Origin: the human T2T-CHM13v2.0 reference genome, Homo sapiens
Reading direction: 5' to 3' (one strand)
DNA: 64,000 bases
Assembly: GCF_009914755.1 (NCBI RefSeq)
Contig: NC_060935.1
The translations under genes and the position numbers were made by a program. Under the pieces are notes generated by a model, which was given only the letters and a program-made list of their open reading frames with translations, made no database searches and was not told the origin of the DNA. Positions 11,316 to 27,302 of the stretch are shown in pieces (within the stretch, counting starts at the first letter, position 1; each line of letters begins with the position of its first letter).

Positions 11316-14300
11316 TGACTGTGCCTCTCGTGCAAGCCTGAACCTGGAGGGTGCTCCACCTCTGGGGATGTAGTCAACCTGCAGTGATCCAGAAAGGTTA
11401 TCTATAGGTGCACCCACACCAAGCTCCAGTGAGAGAAGCCCCAGTTATTTCACAGTCATGGATGAGGGGTAAAAGAAGTTCCCTTTTCCAAGGCCCTTCA
11501 TGAGCACCAGGGCTGCCTGCCTGTTGGGGTATTGTTGCAGACTATCCTAGCTGAGCCCAGCGCTGCAACTGTGCCACTGCTGAAACTTCTCACCAGTGGT
11601 AAGATCTGGGACTCAAGGCTTGCCATCTGGATTCTTTTGTACTACTGGCTGTTCCCTTAATGTGGGGCACTCCCTCTTCCCTAGGGGTAGGAGTCCCTGA
11701 GAGCCAGACTACTGTGACTACTGTTGTTCCTCTTGGTCTAGCCACCCAGTGAGTCTGCCGTAATTCAGGCTGGTGCTGGGTAATGTCTGCAAGGAATCCA
11801 GTGATGTAACCTGTCCTCAACCCTCTCAGCAGTGGGTACCAGCCAGCACCCATTCTGATGGGGGCGTGACATACACTCTGAGATTTCTTGGTTATAAGTA
11901 GTCTTAGTTTGTTGGCTTTCTCAAATTCTGGTTGTAATAGTAATGAACTTGTCCTGTGGACAGACTTAGGACCTTCTGGTTAGCCAGGGTGGTGCAGGCT
12001 ATAGTGATAGCTCATGCACAAGTTTTCTCCTTCCTGGGTGCAGTGTTATTGTACCTGTGGATGCTGTAATGGTCTGTGTTGGTTGGCTTCCAGCCAGAAG
12101 GTGATGCTCGCAAGAGAATGCCAGCTGCCACAATAGTGATGGGATTTGTGCTTGCTTTATGTTACCCAGGGGATGTACTCTGGTTTCCAGATGATGATTG
12201 GGGCCGTAGGGCTCCCAGAAGTTCTGTCCCTTGTGTTAAGTTACCAGGGCAGGTTGAGGGGCAAAGCCAGGTGGGAGCTGGGTCAGGCAGGCCCTTGCTC
12301 TGGTTCTCTGTGTACAGGGCAAGCAGAGGCCCCTGTGGGGGTGAGGGGACTGGTTCTCTGGCCGCTGGGGTGATGTTCCAGGAAGGAGTGTAGCTTCTGC
12401 TGCACAGAAGAGTTCGCTCAGGGAGTGGGGAGTAACAGGCAGCAGGAAGCCTCACCCAGCTCCCATGCACTTGATAAGGCAGGTCTCTCACCTGCAGTGT
12501 TCACTAGCAGCAGCTAGCTGAATTCCAGGCCGTCTTTGCTCAATACTGCCCCAGGCCGTCATTCTTTTCCTTGGAGACAGGAACTGGCTTTCAGGCAATG
12601 CCACTCCTCATCTGCCCACAAAGCTGGGGTGCCCATCTCCTGTGCCTGTGGCTGGAGCAATTTCAAGGAAAGTGCTTCCCACTCAACCCCTGGTTCTGGC
12701 CAAGGGAGTTTGTCCCCACTTGAGATTATATTATGAATTTCATTTGAGAGCTTCTTTCAACCTGCTGCCACTGCCTGAGTTAGTTGGCAGATTTCTGTGA
12801 GGTCCCCTGTCAGTTAGAATCAGGAATGGTTTCCCTCCGCCTGTGCTGGAGACTGGAAGTGCGTGCAAGGCTCTTCTTGCTGCTGTTCCTACTTTTACAT
12901 GCCCCACCGCTTGCTATATCAGTTCCCACACTGGATAGGATTAAGGCCTCCCTCTGTAGGCTGGATTGCCAGCTTTCCCGGTGGGAATGTGTATCCTGGA
13001 GGCAGTCTCTTCCTCTCTCACACTCTGGAGACTTACAGTTTTTCCACCTGGCTCTCAGTGTAGGCTGCAGCCTGCAGCTTCTTTCAAAGAGTCTTTGGTT
13101 TCTTCCCATTTTCCTGTTAAGTTCCTGCATTGCTCCATGGAAAAAAGTGAACAGTGTGAATTTCAACTCAATATTTTGTCTTTCCAAGTGGCAGAGGCTG
13201 CCTCTAATCTGCTATTTTGGCCACATGGCCCCAGAAGATTATTTAAATTGTAAATCTTTAACTTTAATTCCCATTAGTGCTACTTATAACTACATGATAA
13301 AATGGGTTTAAATTAAATTTAGACTGGTTAATATGGGAGATGTTAAAAAAAAATCTTTCTCACCGAATTGGTAAGATTCCCCTTAACTATAGTGGTTTTA
13401 TCTGTATGGATGAATACAGTTTTTACCATTCATTGTAAACATGAACACTGCTAGATTGTGGAGGAACATTAAAGAAATCTTTCTCAATTTGGAATTAAGG
13501 CCCTGAGCAATGACCTAGAAATCAGACATACTTGAAATATTTAGTAGGGAAATGAAGATCTTTTATGTCAGGTGCTTACTTTATGATTCTCAGAAACCAA
13601 CTGGTACTTTAAGGAACCTTGCGTTCAGGCCACTCCTAATTATCTTCTTTCTCCTTGCTGAGTTCTATTCCATACTTGTAGAAAATAAACTTCTGGGAAA
13701 ACTTAATTTTAGTCTTTGATTACATGATTCAGGTTAGCTTTAAGGAACATTGTTTAATATTGAAATGTATAAGTAGAAAACATTAATTTCTTTATAGATG
13801 TATTTTTAAAAAGAATGCTGTTTTTGTTTGTGATGCTTTAGTTCCAGTATAATGCTTTCTACACATTCCTTTAAAATCACTCCTCAAGGGAGAACAGAGG
13901 CAACCCATACCCCATTCTAAACTCCTACCCCTCTTGCCCAATAAGAGTAATCACTACGTAGCTTTATTCTGTTAATGACGAGCCAAAATTTCATTAAAGT
14001 ATATTTTTTACTTTATTCTGTAATTTATTTGTATTTGTTTTCACATGAAAGTAATAATAAAAAAGTGCTGTGCTTATCCAGCTTTATTCCACTATAGGAT
14101 ATACATATCTTAAGAAGACCACTATTGGAGGACTTTACTCTGGATGCTTTTGGTCTCATTCATCTGTTTATGGAAAACTAGCTAAGTGCCTTTAAATACT
14201 AGGCCCAAATCTGTTGGTTGAACAGTGAACAAAATAGGCTGACATTTATGCTTTCATAGAATTTAGATTCTAATGGCAGGGGGTGTGGGTGGCAGATTAG

Positions 14301-15247
14301 TGAGTTAAATATGCTACGGGTTAGTGATAAATGCTAGGGTGTAAGAGTGTGTGTGCACACATGTGCATGCACGCACATATGTGGAGGCTGAAGACAATGC
14401 TTGCTCCTGCCCCATCCCCACCACAGACCTCGTAGCAACTGGTTCCCAAACTTTATTTATCATAAAAGTCATTGACCTTGAATCACAATGGGCTGGGTCC
14501 CTGCACTACACAACATCTGAATGTGAATGTGAGTCTTAGATTATAGATAATTTTCCATACTTAAAAAGTTATGAGCATATGGAAAAAGCAGTAACAGTAT
14601 ACACAATTTCATTTCTCAGATGTACATCTCTTCTCATGAGTTTTCGTCCTGAAAATACAGAGAGATATTAGTACTATCTTGTTCATTATCTGGAGAGTCC
14701 TTGCCAAAATATTGCACACAGTTCCACTGATTGAGCATTTCTAGGGTTCTCAGATGACTTATATAAATAAGCAGCTGCTGGTAGCCATTGTCAGCTCATT
14801 GTCTTCTTTGAGTCTCATTGTCTTGTTTTAGGCTTAGACCATCTGCCAAAAACAAACCCAAGGGAATAGTAGTAAGTTGAAGATATCAGGTTGAAGGTAT
14901 CAGGCCCTAGATGTGCATGAATGAAAAACTAAGAGAGAACTTATTTCTTATTTCCCCCCTGTCATAACAGGGACAACAGAGATCTATTTACAAGATAGGT
15001 TTTTCATGGTGTTAAGGTTTTGTGGTGTTCAAAGATAGGAAAAGGAAGTTGAGGCAGTGCAGTATATGCTGTTTGTCTCATTAGGTTATTAACTATTTGA
15101 GGTTAGGGATAATGCTTTTCCTTAATTGACAATGTCATGCTCTATATAATGTCATTATTTAATATGACTGATGGAAATATAAAATATAAAGGTACACTAT
15201 GACTCACTGAATCTAAGTTTCACAGTTTTAATATTTTAGCATTTCTA

Positions 15248-15597
<350 letters not shown>

Positions 15598-16464
15598 ACA
15601 ATTTATCATCTTAGAATATATGAACTGTAGTAAATAAAAATGACAGCACCTAAAATTTGTAGTATTTGTGGAACCGATGATAAGAAGTTTTGAAGTAAGC
15701 CAAAAATGCTTAGAGAGTTGAAAACGGCATATACATTTGTTAAGTTTTTTATTGAATGGTGACCCAATCATAGGCCGATTACATGCTGATTAAAGCCTGG
15801 CATAAATTGTGTGTATCATTTGTATGAAAGTCTCTTTTATTTGCAGTAAGATGATAATTAGAGATAACATGTCTTCCAAAGTTTGGAAAGCTCTACAGCC
15901 AGACGTAGTTGCACAAGTTGACACAGTTGGAATTCCTCAGTTCTGGTTGCTAAATAAAAATCTTCACTATTCAGAATCACAGCAGGCAGTTGCTCTCTGT
16001 GTACAGATCATTGAAGTGCATACATGTTAATGGCTCAAATAAACAGCATAGCATTTTAGGTGAATGAGTTTTACTTTGTGCTTAGTTTTTAGAATAAAAG
16101 ATTGAGATTTATTTTTATGCTTTCTGATCAGTATCATGAATCACCCCGTAATAATAAAAATAATACTTTAAACATAAGATGCATATCTTCTTTAAAGACA
16201 TTTATGGATTTTTATAATAATCATTCCATGTAAATATATAATACATTGGCAGTTAAAATAGTTACGTGGTGAGAATATAGGAAGATCAATAAGAATGAGA
16301 CTTTTTAAAGTGAGAAAATGGTAAATAAGACATGAAAATTATAAATGATATGAAAATGAAATTTGTATTTGCTACTTAGCTAAATCCAGTATGGTAGAAT
16401 TATAGGCTTAAAAGGAACATCCATAGTTATTTAAGGTGGTATAGAAAGAGGGTTGATTTTGACA

Positions 16465-16640
16465 TGGCAGATTGAGATTCCTGTCCTGATTCTGTTGTTT
16501 GGGTAAGTCACTTAACCTTGAGCCTTAGTTTCCTCATCTGTAAAATGGAGATAATTACCTACACAGCTTCTTTCCTCAGTAGGGTTCCAATGAGATAAGG
16601 GCTATAAATATTAATATGATTTGAAAAATCCCATCATGTG
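16465..16640 (+). mobile_element. MIR
   Basis: Core gggtaagtcacttaaccttgagccttagtttcctcatctgtaaaatggagataat. Confidence 0.8.
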
Positions 16641-17854
16641 CATGTAAGGTGGTGAGATGGCTGTAGTAAGTCAATCTCTTAAAAGTGGAACACTTGGAAG
16701 TTAAATTAGAACAGAAAAATTCATAAAATAGTATAGTTCACCAAAAATCATCATCTCTATTGTGATACCTTAAAAATGGGGTGGCTCTAAGGGTACATAA
16801 TGAAATCTGCAATTTAAAAATGCCATTTTTGCCAAAATAGTTTCAAAAATTGCTTTAGTATGTCAAAATGGGGTAGGATAGCAGAAAAATGAAGTCTGTA
16901 AACATGTAGGATAATGAGTTTCTTGAAATTGACTCACAAAAAAACACTGTGTAAATGGAGAATAATGATCTTTGTGCCTTTACTTCCCTGGCAGCCCAGG
17001 CTCAACCCTGTTTGACAGTGTGCTTTTTTGTTTCTTTTTGGAAGGATGAGGCATGATGCCAGCATTCATCCACATCTTATCCAAGAGAGTGGTTTATGTA
17101 TTCTTTCAGTTACCATCCGTTATAAAATATTTCCAATCTTTAAGAGAACCTTAGTCATATTGCTATGTGAAAAGATTCTTTTTGACATAACCATACTGTT
17201 CATGTATAGCCATGATATTATCTAATATTAAACACTTTCATTTGATCAAAGAAAAATCAATAAAAATATAATAGTGAAGACCCAAATATGCTGTAACAAT
17301 AAATGTAGCAACTTAAACATAGCCACTTAAGCTATAATCACATTCTAAGTTTGTCACTCCATTTAAATTGTACTTGGGAAAATTTTTGGAGGTTTGTGTG
17401 AATGTGTTAACTTGTTTCTTTGCTTGGGTAAACAGATTTTATTATTGGATCCGGGAATGTTTTTGTTAAGGCATGCTGGAATGCAGATATCTATTAACTA
17501 CTGAGATGATACTTTTTTGAAGTTGTAGTAATAAACCTAGTCTTTGGAGGCAATATATGTATTGCATAACTGTTATTAATGATGCATGATGCTAAACAGC
17601 TGAGATGAAAATGCACTTAAGTAAATGATCAATTTACCTTTTGGAATACGGACAGTTTGACTGTGATGATTTTTGTTGTCACTGTAGTTTTTTCCTTGAC
17701 TGGCAGGCACTGTGGCTGCATCATAAAATGATGAGTTATCTTTTTAGGTCCAGAGAAATAGGCTGATATGTAGGTTTAGTAACTGAGAGCAAATAAGTAA
17801 CATGTCTTTCCAGTCATTGTTTACCTCTTTAAAAATTAATAGTAATTATAATTA

Positions 17855-18070
17855 TGATAGTTTATCAAGCTCTTACTATGTGCTGTGATGAACTCTACAT
17901 GCATGATTTCATTTGCTCAGCACAATGATCTTATGAAATAAGTATATTAATATTATTCCCATTTTATAGATAGGTAAATTGAAACTTGCAGAGCTTAAGT
18001 AACCTAACTTGGCCACCTAGCAAAACAGAATTTAACTAGTAGTGAGTCTGACACCAATATCCTCACTCTT
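17855..18070 (-). mobile_element. MIR
   Basis: ttattcccattttatagataggtaaattgaaactt..aagtaacct core. Confidence 0.7.
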
Positions 18071-19594
18071 AATATTTTTTTAATTAGATCTATTTGTGTT
18101 AGAAGGTTATGCAAAGAAATAGAAGCCCATGACAGCCTTTTCTTTAATGATTTATATTTGTGAAAAATTTTAGTGTTTTTTTGTTTGTTTGTTTGTTTTT
18201 TAACTGAATGCTCACTCCATCAAGCTTGAATAGACCACCAGGATCATTTTTATAGTGGATGTTTTATAAGGCAATGTTGAGATTGTAGGTTAGCAGGTAA
18301 AAATGTCCGGACTGCTTTTGTCAGCAGCCAGGTGTCCCCCACTCACCCCCATCACCCTGCAGCTTGCTAACAGATCTTAAATGAAAGAACCTTCTGGCCA
18401 TTCTCTCTGGCTCCTCACATCTCATCGGCTTGATTTGATGTCCATATCTTAAGTCTGTGTGTTTGCTGGGGCTCTGGTTTTCCTCTCTTCCTCATAGCAC
18501 CTTTTATAGCTAGGGGCAAGCCTGTGTCTAGGCACCTGGCTTCTTATCTCTAATTGCTCTCTGCCAATCTTAAAAAGGCCTTAATTTACCTCTCCTAAAT
18601 ACTCTGAATTCCCACATTCAGTTCTGTTTATTGACAGCTTCCTATTTTCAAGGTCCTGTGTTGGGTGCAGTAAAGGCTGGAGGGGTTCTCTGCCCTCCAC
18701 ACCTTGCTGTTCAGGGAGAGTTATAAGATTTAGACACAAAGAAGTATAATAATAAAAGGGATCATTGTCTAGGGTATTTCAGTAGACATACAAAAAAGGA
18801 GGTAGAGTACAATAATGCAATATTTCTCAAAGATTTCTCCTGAAGTACATCTAATACGAGAGGAGGGGAAAAGTACCCTCTCGGTAGTCTGGGGACATAG
18901 CCCAAACTGGCTGCCTCAGAGGAAATATCAGGTACAAGCTAATTCATATGAAATAGGCTTTACCTCAATATATGCATTTAAAAAATGCAAAACTGTGTAA
19001 AATTACTTGGCTTCCTTCTCCCCAATTTTCAAATAAAAGCTGTAGCCCCAGGAAGACACAATAAGAGGGTCCATAGCTTTCTGAACCTCTGACTGCATAC
19101 CATAAGGCACCCAACATATGGTATCTGTAAATCAGCAGATACATTGCACTGATTGGATTACCCAGGGTAATTTTAGGATTACTTAATCTAGAAACTGGCA
19201 AGTTTTAAAGGTACGTTAATAGGACTGAAATTAACCACATGCACCATCCTTAATTAAGTATAGCCAGGAAGCTCTTGCAGACCAGATCTTGGTATCTTAA
19301 TGTTATTGTAGCCCCTGGATGGTATGATGCAGATTTGCAGTCCTGCAGCTGTGCATACCTCTCTATTTGAAGACGTTTGAAGGTCACAGCAGAGACAAAG
19401 GGCTGTTTCTGACGTGCACAATGACTTTGTGGATGTTGAGAGAGTTAAGTTTAGATCGGTTTGTTTGGCTGGCATTTTGAGTATGCAAAGAATAGTTTGA
19501 GAGAAAGGATTAGTCAAAAAACATAGAGGAAAGATGACATCTTTCACTAGCCTAGAAGGTAATAGCTTAGTATGTCCTTTAAAATGAAATTAAA

Positions 19595-19904
<310 letters not shown>

Positions 19905-20979
19905 CTAGTAATGATCTAACCACAAATGTATATGACACCAAGAAGGGCAGGATGGAGAAAGGAAGTTGTAAGAGCTGGCAATAGGATGATATGTGACATG
20001 AAAGATAAGGTAACACCAAATGTCCTTCCAAAGTCATTATCTTGGGTGGATGGATATGTTAGGTAATAAAAGGAGAAATGGGCTGTAACTGAGGCTAACA
20101 TACTGAGGCTTTCCCTTACTGTTGATAAGAGAGTAAGTTGTAAATGCTTGGCAAACAGTGGGAAGTGAGTGGTTGTACTGGGGCAGTGGTATGGGTGGGT
20201 AGGCAGACCAGGAAGCCCAGGCAAAGCAGGCCAGGCCACCCCTGAGTTACTGGGAAGCTTAGGAAAATGAAACTCCTCTATATTGGGTAACTTAGTATTT
20301 GTAGTTAAAGAAAAAAAAAAGGTAAAGGAGATACTTCAGAAAATGTTGCTTGGGCTGCCAGCATCTAAACTTAAATGACCACTTAGGAGTGGTTTGCGTA
20401 GAGATAACACAGACAGTACTTTACAAAGAGAAACAGTATTGAGGTAAAACATGGTGGCTAAAGAGAAAGTCCTCTGAAGTCAAGAGTCTGAGGAAGAGAA
20501 ATCTCAAGAGAGGTGGCAGAGGAATTGTTGTTGAGGCAGAAGGAGACTCTAGAGAACGACATTGTGCCACTGTTCTTTACCCACTCTTTTCAAGTTTTTT
20601 CCCCAGGGTAGGAAGATGGGTGGTTCATTTTATCCTTTGAACTTTCTGTTTTTAACTTGGGTTGTAGCAAAGTGAAGTCTTTGTGGTTTTTCATTTTTAA
20701 TTTTTATGGAATTTGTAGGTTTATAGAATCCGGATAAAATCTGGCCAAGTGTTGGTTCCTATTTGTTATTTTTAGGCTGAAATCTTCTGGAACTGCTTGC
20801 CAGACACATATCATTTATGGGATTACAAACTGTTTGGTCTTCATTAGAGGCCAGTGCCACTATTTATTTTCACTGAAGCTCTCTTGAAGATAGTAATTTA
20901 ATACCCAGATTAAATATGTTATGCTTACAATGAAAATATTTCATATTCTGTATTTGCCATCATAATAAATAATGGTTTA

Positions 20980-21190
20980 ATAGTTAACATTTGTTGAGAA
21001 TCAGTATTTCAAGTTTCTGTTCTATACCAGACACTGTGCTAAGCCAGTTTTATGTAATATTCATGACAGTCTTGCAGAGGATTAATATCTTCCTTTTGCA
21101 CATGAGGAGCTTACGATTCAGAGGGGCTAAGTACTTGCTCTGAAACACATGGCAGTAAGTGGTGATCCCTGGATTGGCATCCATGTCTCT
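20980..21190 (-). mobile_element. MIR
   Basis: ccagacactgtgctaagc..ttttgcacatgaggag..ggcagtaagtgg. Confidence 0.6.
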
Positions 21191-22147
21191 CTGACGCTTG
21201 TGCAGACGTAGTCTGTGACGTAAAAGAATGATTGTTTCTAATCAAAGGACTTCTTTCCGGATCTGAGCACCTTCATCACATAAGACATCGAAAACAGATG
21301 CTTAACTTAATATGCCTGCCAGAAGGGTGGATGTATCCACTGCAAAGCGGGATGCAGACTCTGAATATACTTCTGCTGTAAAAATGAATGAGACTGCCTA
21401 AAGCTAGGCTAACTTGATTTACCAACTTTAAAGTGCCCAAACAACCATGTTGTTCTAGCTTGGAATACAGCACATTACTGTAGTGACGCAGGGTAGCCTG
21501 TGCTTTTTTTTGCATTTTCAGGGGAATGAAGAACAGCATCAGGGCTCCACTGTTCTCTGGTAATTCTGTCTTCAGTGATCTCCCGTGGACATGCCCCTTG
21601 CTTCATGGCAGTGTTTCTCAAGGCCTTCAAGGAAAGAGAATTACTTGATTTCCATTTCTGTTAGTTACTCAAACTTCCTTCAGCTCAACTCTCGTTTATT
21701 GAGTGACTACTACATGCCAAACTTTGTTCTGGGCCCTCTTAATGAAGACCGATTTTTAATATCAGATAACTGCTATTTTTTAGGCATGTATATAAAACAG
21801 AAAATAGCAAAGATTGTGTTTTAAAACTTTGTTCAAGTAAATGTTAGGAATGTTTTTTACTGGCAAATTTTCATTGTGTTTTTCTTATACTTTGCCACAC
21901 CCAGTATTCTTCTCTTCTGACTTTTCTCCATTTAACAATCTGGCCCTCATAGTTCCCTGAGAGCACACTAAAAACGTAACTGTAGTTATTAAAAAAGCAA
22001 GGCGTAGTTGATGTTTCCTTGACATATTCTGCTACGTACATTACTCAGTACATTACTCTGCTGTGTAATGTATGTGTTTTTTATTAAGGCTTTCTGTGAT
22101 ATTTGTGTGCGTTTTTAGTACCACGAGCTTTTCAGTAGTTTATAGTG

Positions 22148-22456
<309 letters not shown>

Positions 22457-22670
22457 TGTTTATAGTGAATTCTTAATGTTAAGAATGTTTTGCCAGTTAG
22501 TTTACATTTCTTTCTTTCACTCTTTTTCAGGTATCTGCTTTCTATTAGGCACTAAGGGCAAAAACAGATGAATATATACCTACCTTCAAGAAGCCTAAAA
22601 CCTAAGATGTTATTCAGTGTGGCATTAGAAAGTAGAGGAATGAGCATACATTTCCTTTGTCTTTTTAAAA

Positions 22671-23045
<375 letters not shown>

Positions 23046-23147
23046 TAGCTAGCTCTCATAGAGTCCAACACATGAAGTCTTGCTATTTTAAAATTTATAT
23101 AGCAGGTAAAGGATTCGTTAAATGTTGTAAGGCTCATAGCCTTCCCA

Positions 23148-23500
23148 GTTCTTCTTCCTCTTCCTTCTCCTCCTCCTCCCCCTCTTCTTCTTCTTCTTCT
23201 TCTTTTTTTTTTTTTTTTGAGACAAGTCTCACTCTGTTACCCAGGCTACAGTATAATGGTATGATCACAGCACACTGCAACCTTGAACTCCTTTGCTCAG
23301 TGATCTTCCCACCTTAGCCTCCTGAGTAGCTAAGACCACTGGCACAAGCCACTGCACCCAGCTGATTTTAAATCATTTTTTGTAAAGTTAAGGCCTTGCT
23401 ATGTTGCCCAGGTTCAATTTCAACTCTTGGCTCCAAGTGATCCTCCTGCCTCAGCCTCCCAAAGCGTTGAGATTACAGGCATGAGCCAATATGCCTAGCC
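23148..23500 (-). mobile_element. Alu (AluJ-type) with a (CTT/CCT)n tail-derived repeat
   Basis: Diverged dimer; TSD tcccagtt; triplet repeat at 23148-23203. Confidence 0.9.
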
Positions 23501-24529
23501 CCTCCCAGTTTTAATGCCCATCATTCTTTGGGGATTAACTATGATATGCCATGAAAGAGCATCCAGTTTGGGAAGCAGAAAACCTATTCCAGTTGGAGTC
23601 CAGCTCTTAGACTCCAGGCAAGTTATTACTTAACTTTTCAGAGCACTGGCCCTCATAGCTTTGTGTAAGATTTAAGTATGTAAGAACTTTGAAAAAGTAA
23701 GACATCTTGCCAAGACTATTGCTGTTGTTATTGAAAGTGTACATTAAAGCTGCTTGTAAGTAGTAAAACATTGTTGTCATCATCATTATTTCTGAAAGTG
23801 AATAACTTATGTTTTACAAGTGACTGTAAAAGCCACATTAGGGGCTTGTAAGAATGTGAAAGGAAAGAAGGGAGGGTAAAAGACATCCAGGGGCTTGGAG
23901 TATTTACCCAATTTGCAGAAATTGATGGTTTCAACAAAAGAGCTGTTGTTTACAAGGTAGGGTCTTGGATACTTGGTTAGTGTTCATAGATGGTAAAGTT
24001 TCCTACCGTTAATATACTACTTAATATAAAGTGGGTAGGTTAGGTTTACAAATCAGTGAGATAAAGGTGAAAGCATCACCAGAGAATCCCAACATAATGG
24101 GCAGTTAAAGGCAGAGATAGTGTCATGTTGAAAGGGGTCAGAAAGAGCTTTTTGGAAAAAATGAGGACTTGAGGAGGACTTGAGAGAAATCTTGAAAAAA
24201 GGCCTTTTTTTTGGCAACGGAGAATGAGAGAAAAGTATGTTCTAAGTAGGTAGAGTAACAATAAAAACATAGATACAAAAGAATAGCAGGCTTGTTTCAG
24301 ACAATAACCAGTACCTTAGCTTGGTAGGAGTTTTTATAGATATGGTTGAGTATGTACGTGGAAGCTACCCTTTGGAAGATTCTAGACATATTGTTTTAGC
24401 CTTGCTGATGCATTGTTACATCTTTCAAGTCCCTGTTCTTAGGGAGTCTTCTAACAACTCTACCCCTACACACTCAATCCAAACTGATGTGCCTTTTTAT
24501 TTGCCACCTTTATTTAAGGTCTATGGGCA

Positions 24530-24745
24530 AAGCAGTGTGGCAATGTGGTGAACTGGGGATTCTGGAGCTGGCGCCCTGGGTTGGAATTTTGGTTCTGCTT
24601 TTCCTAGCTTGTGTGACCTTGGGGAAGTCACTTAACTTATCTGTGCCTCAGTTTCTTAATCTGTAAAATGGGTGTGATGGCATCTAGTTCTTGCGGCTAT
24701 TGTGAGGACTAATGGGTTAATTTATATTAAATGCTTACAGAAGTA
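24530..24745 (+). mobile_element. MIR
   Basis: tgtgaccttggggaagtcacttaacttatctgtgcctcagtttcttaatctgtaaaatggg. Confidence 0.85.
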
Positions 24746-26349
24746 TCAGGTAGTAGGTATTGTTGTTATTAATCTCTGTCAGAGAATTTATCGATTGCCC
24801 TCTGTTATGATTAATTACATGCCTCACACCCCTACTGGACTGTGCCCTTCAGGAGGGAAGGATACATTCTATTTTAACCTTTGTATTCTCATTGCTTTAT
24901 TATGTCTGCCTTCTGCATGGTTGTGAAAAGATGATAATTCTGCAACACATATATCGAGACAGATTGCTCCTGTGAGTCTTCCTTAGATCCAATCCTAGAG
25001 AAGCTGGATTTTAGGAAGAACTACCTTAAACTAATGGACTGACTGGTTGTACTTGTTCTGACATAAATATATATAGCCCACTTCCATAACTAACATTGTA
25101 AAAGCAATTCCATTAACACTTCCAAAATAAAAGGGAGACCTCAGTTCTTAAGTCTATGTGCAAGAAAAGTTTTAAGTAAATATTTATTTAATTATAGGTA
25201 TTTTGTATTCCTCTAATGAAATGAAGTTTTAGTGTTTCATTAGCATCATCTAATCATGGAAGCTGGAGGTTAACTCTTCCATATGAAAACACTGTTGACT
25301 AATTAAAGCCCAGTGTAACTTCTTTTGAGTTATGATGTGAATGCATGTGAAGACACTTGATGCTTAACTTTCAAGTTAGGCAAATGGGAAGGATGTGGGG
25401 TGTGTGTGTGTGTGTGTGTGTGGTGTGGGGGGCATGTGAAGTATCTTTACCTTGCACAACTTGCTCACCAATAAGTGAATATTGGGTAGTAATAGGGAGA
25501 GACACCCCTGTCTAAACTAGATTCTTAGATGGCATGGGATCTTTCATTTTATATTTAAGAGAAAAAGTTGACTCTTTAGTATGATATTTTAACACTCAAC
25601 AACAAATTTTAAAATTTATTAGGTTTTAAAATCAAGGCCTTTCTATTATGATATGGATGAACTTTATTTAAAAGGTTTTAGAAACAGCTCTTCTGTTTTT
25701 TGTGCTGGGTCATGGTTTAGAAACTTTAGTTAGACAATTAGAAAAATATTGTTTCATGTGATTTTAAATTAATGGAAGATATTGGGCTTTCTAATTCAGA
25801 ATTGCACAGTCAGTAGGAGATGGAGCCAAGATTAAAAGCATGAGCTGGATTCCTCATTTTAGAGGTTGATCATTATTACTGCCAGAAAATATCATAACTT
25901 CTTTACCTTGATGGTTTTTTTGACCTCATCATTACTTCGGCATTAGGAAAATGAGAATAAATAGGAAGAAGATCAAGAACCCGAACACACTTGAAGTTGA
26001 AAATGTGTCATATTTCAGACATCCCCTTCATTCTTGGAATTATCATTTGAACTAGTTGAGAGCCATATTTTCTTGTATAATCCTGTCTCTCATTATGCTT
26101 CCAGAAGGACTGTGAAAGGATCATTCATGCATTCTTAATTCCATCAAGAGTTGAAATAGACACCCATCTCTTACCCAGAAATGCTGAACAATAATACTGT
26201 CACGGCTTGATGGCTTTGCAGTGTAGCAAGAAAAGTTGAAACTGCTATCAACAGATTGTCCTGAGCACTTTCCAAGGTTATGTAAGCTCCAAGAGTTGCC
26301 ATCTTCATAACTGAAACTGAAATTTTTCTTTTTCCTTTCTTAGATATTG

Positions 26350-26590
26350 AACATGGACATCGTCAACATGTTCTGAGTGCTTTCTATGTGTTTGATGCTG
26401 TTCTAAGTTCTTTATCTATATTAACTCATTTTCTCCTTACTATAACCCTGAGAAGTGGTTCCACTTGACAGACGGGATACTGAGGTACAGAGAGGCTATG
26501 AAACTTACCCACAGTCATGACACTTAATTATTGGTAGAAGCAGAATTCTAACCCAGTTAATCTGCCTTCAGCACTCATACTCAGTAACTT
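26350..26590 (-). mobile_element. MIR
   Basis: tgttctaagttctttatctatattaactcatt..actgaggtacagagagg. Confidence 0.75.
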
Positions 26591-27302
26591 GACAGAGTAG
26601 CTTATAAGTGGGCCACTGTGTTCTTGTTTGGGGATGGGGATTACTGTCATGCATTCACAGTGATCTCTGTGCAGGGACAAAACAGATTACCTTTTTCAGT
26701 CAAGGTACGAGGCCATAGGAAGTCAAGAACGGTCTGGGAAGAAATGGGAGGTTGTGTCATGAGTTCCCTAGGACAGAGCTTCCAAATAGGCTCATCTAGG
26801 TTTGAGGGAAGTTCAGAAGAACGCTTGGTGGTGGCGAGGAGGGGAGAGAAAGAAGGATATCCATCGAAGGGTTCCCAAGCATCTTGATCTGCCCTTGTAT
26901 CCCCAGTCTCAACTCTGCTGTAGGAATTACATTTAGGGCTTCAAATCCAGCAGAACATAAGGCCTTTATTTTACACTACATATACAAATAAAGGGGTGTT
27001 CAATGGAATGGTTTTCCTAAGTCTCAGGGAGAGCACCCAGAATTAAAAACGAAACTGTCTAATATATGTTTAAAAAGAAAAGCCTGTCTGAAATTTGAAG
27101 TCAGTGGTCTACAGAATTGTCCTTGGTGAGTGTGTTGGTAGGTCCTTGGCTGACAGTGGTACAAAATGTGACCTTCGTGTTTGGAGACCTATTCAATCTT
27201 GAGTGCCCACGTTGATAGGTACTTGGACTTGGGGTTTCATGAATGTCGGGGCTGCCACAGTAAGTCCTGGCGTTATGTCTAGGCATAGGACCACAATTAT
27301 TC

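Noticed and set aside
12076-13311. Longest ORFs in the track (175, 125 and 109 aa)
   Set aside because: They lie in GC-richer L1 5' UTR sequence, overlap on both strands and show no recognisable domain or splice structure.
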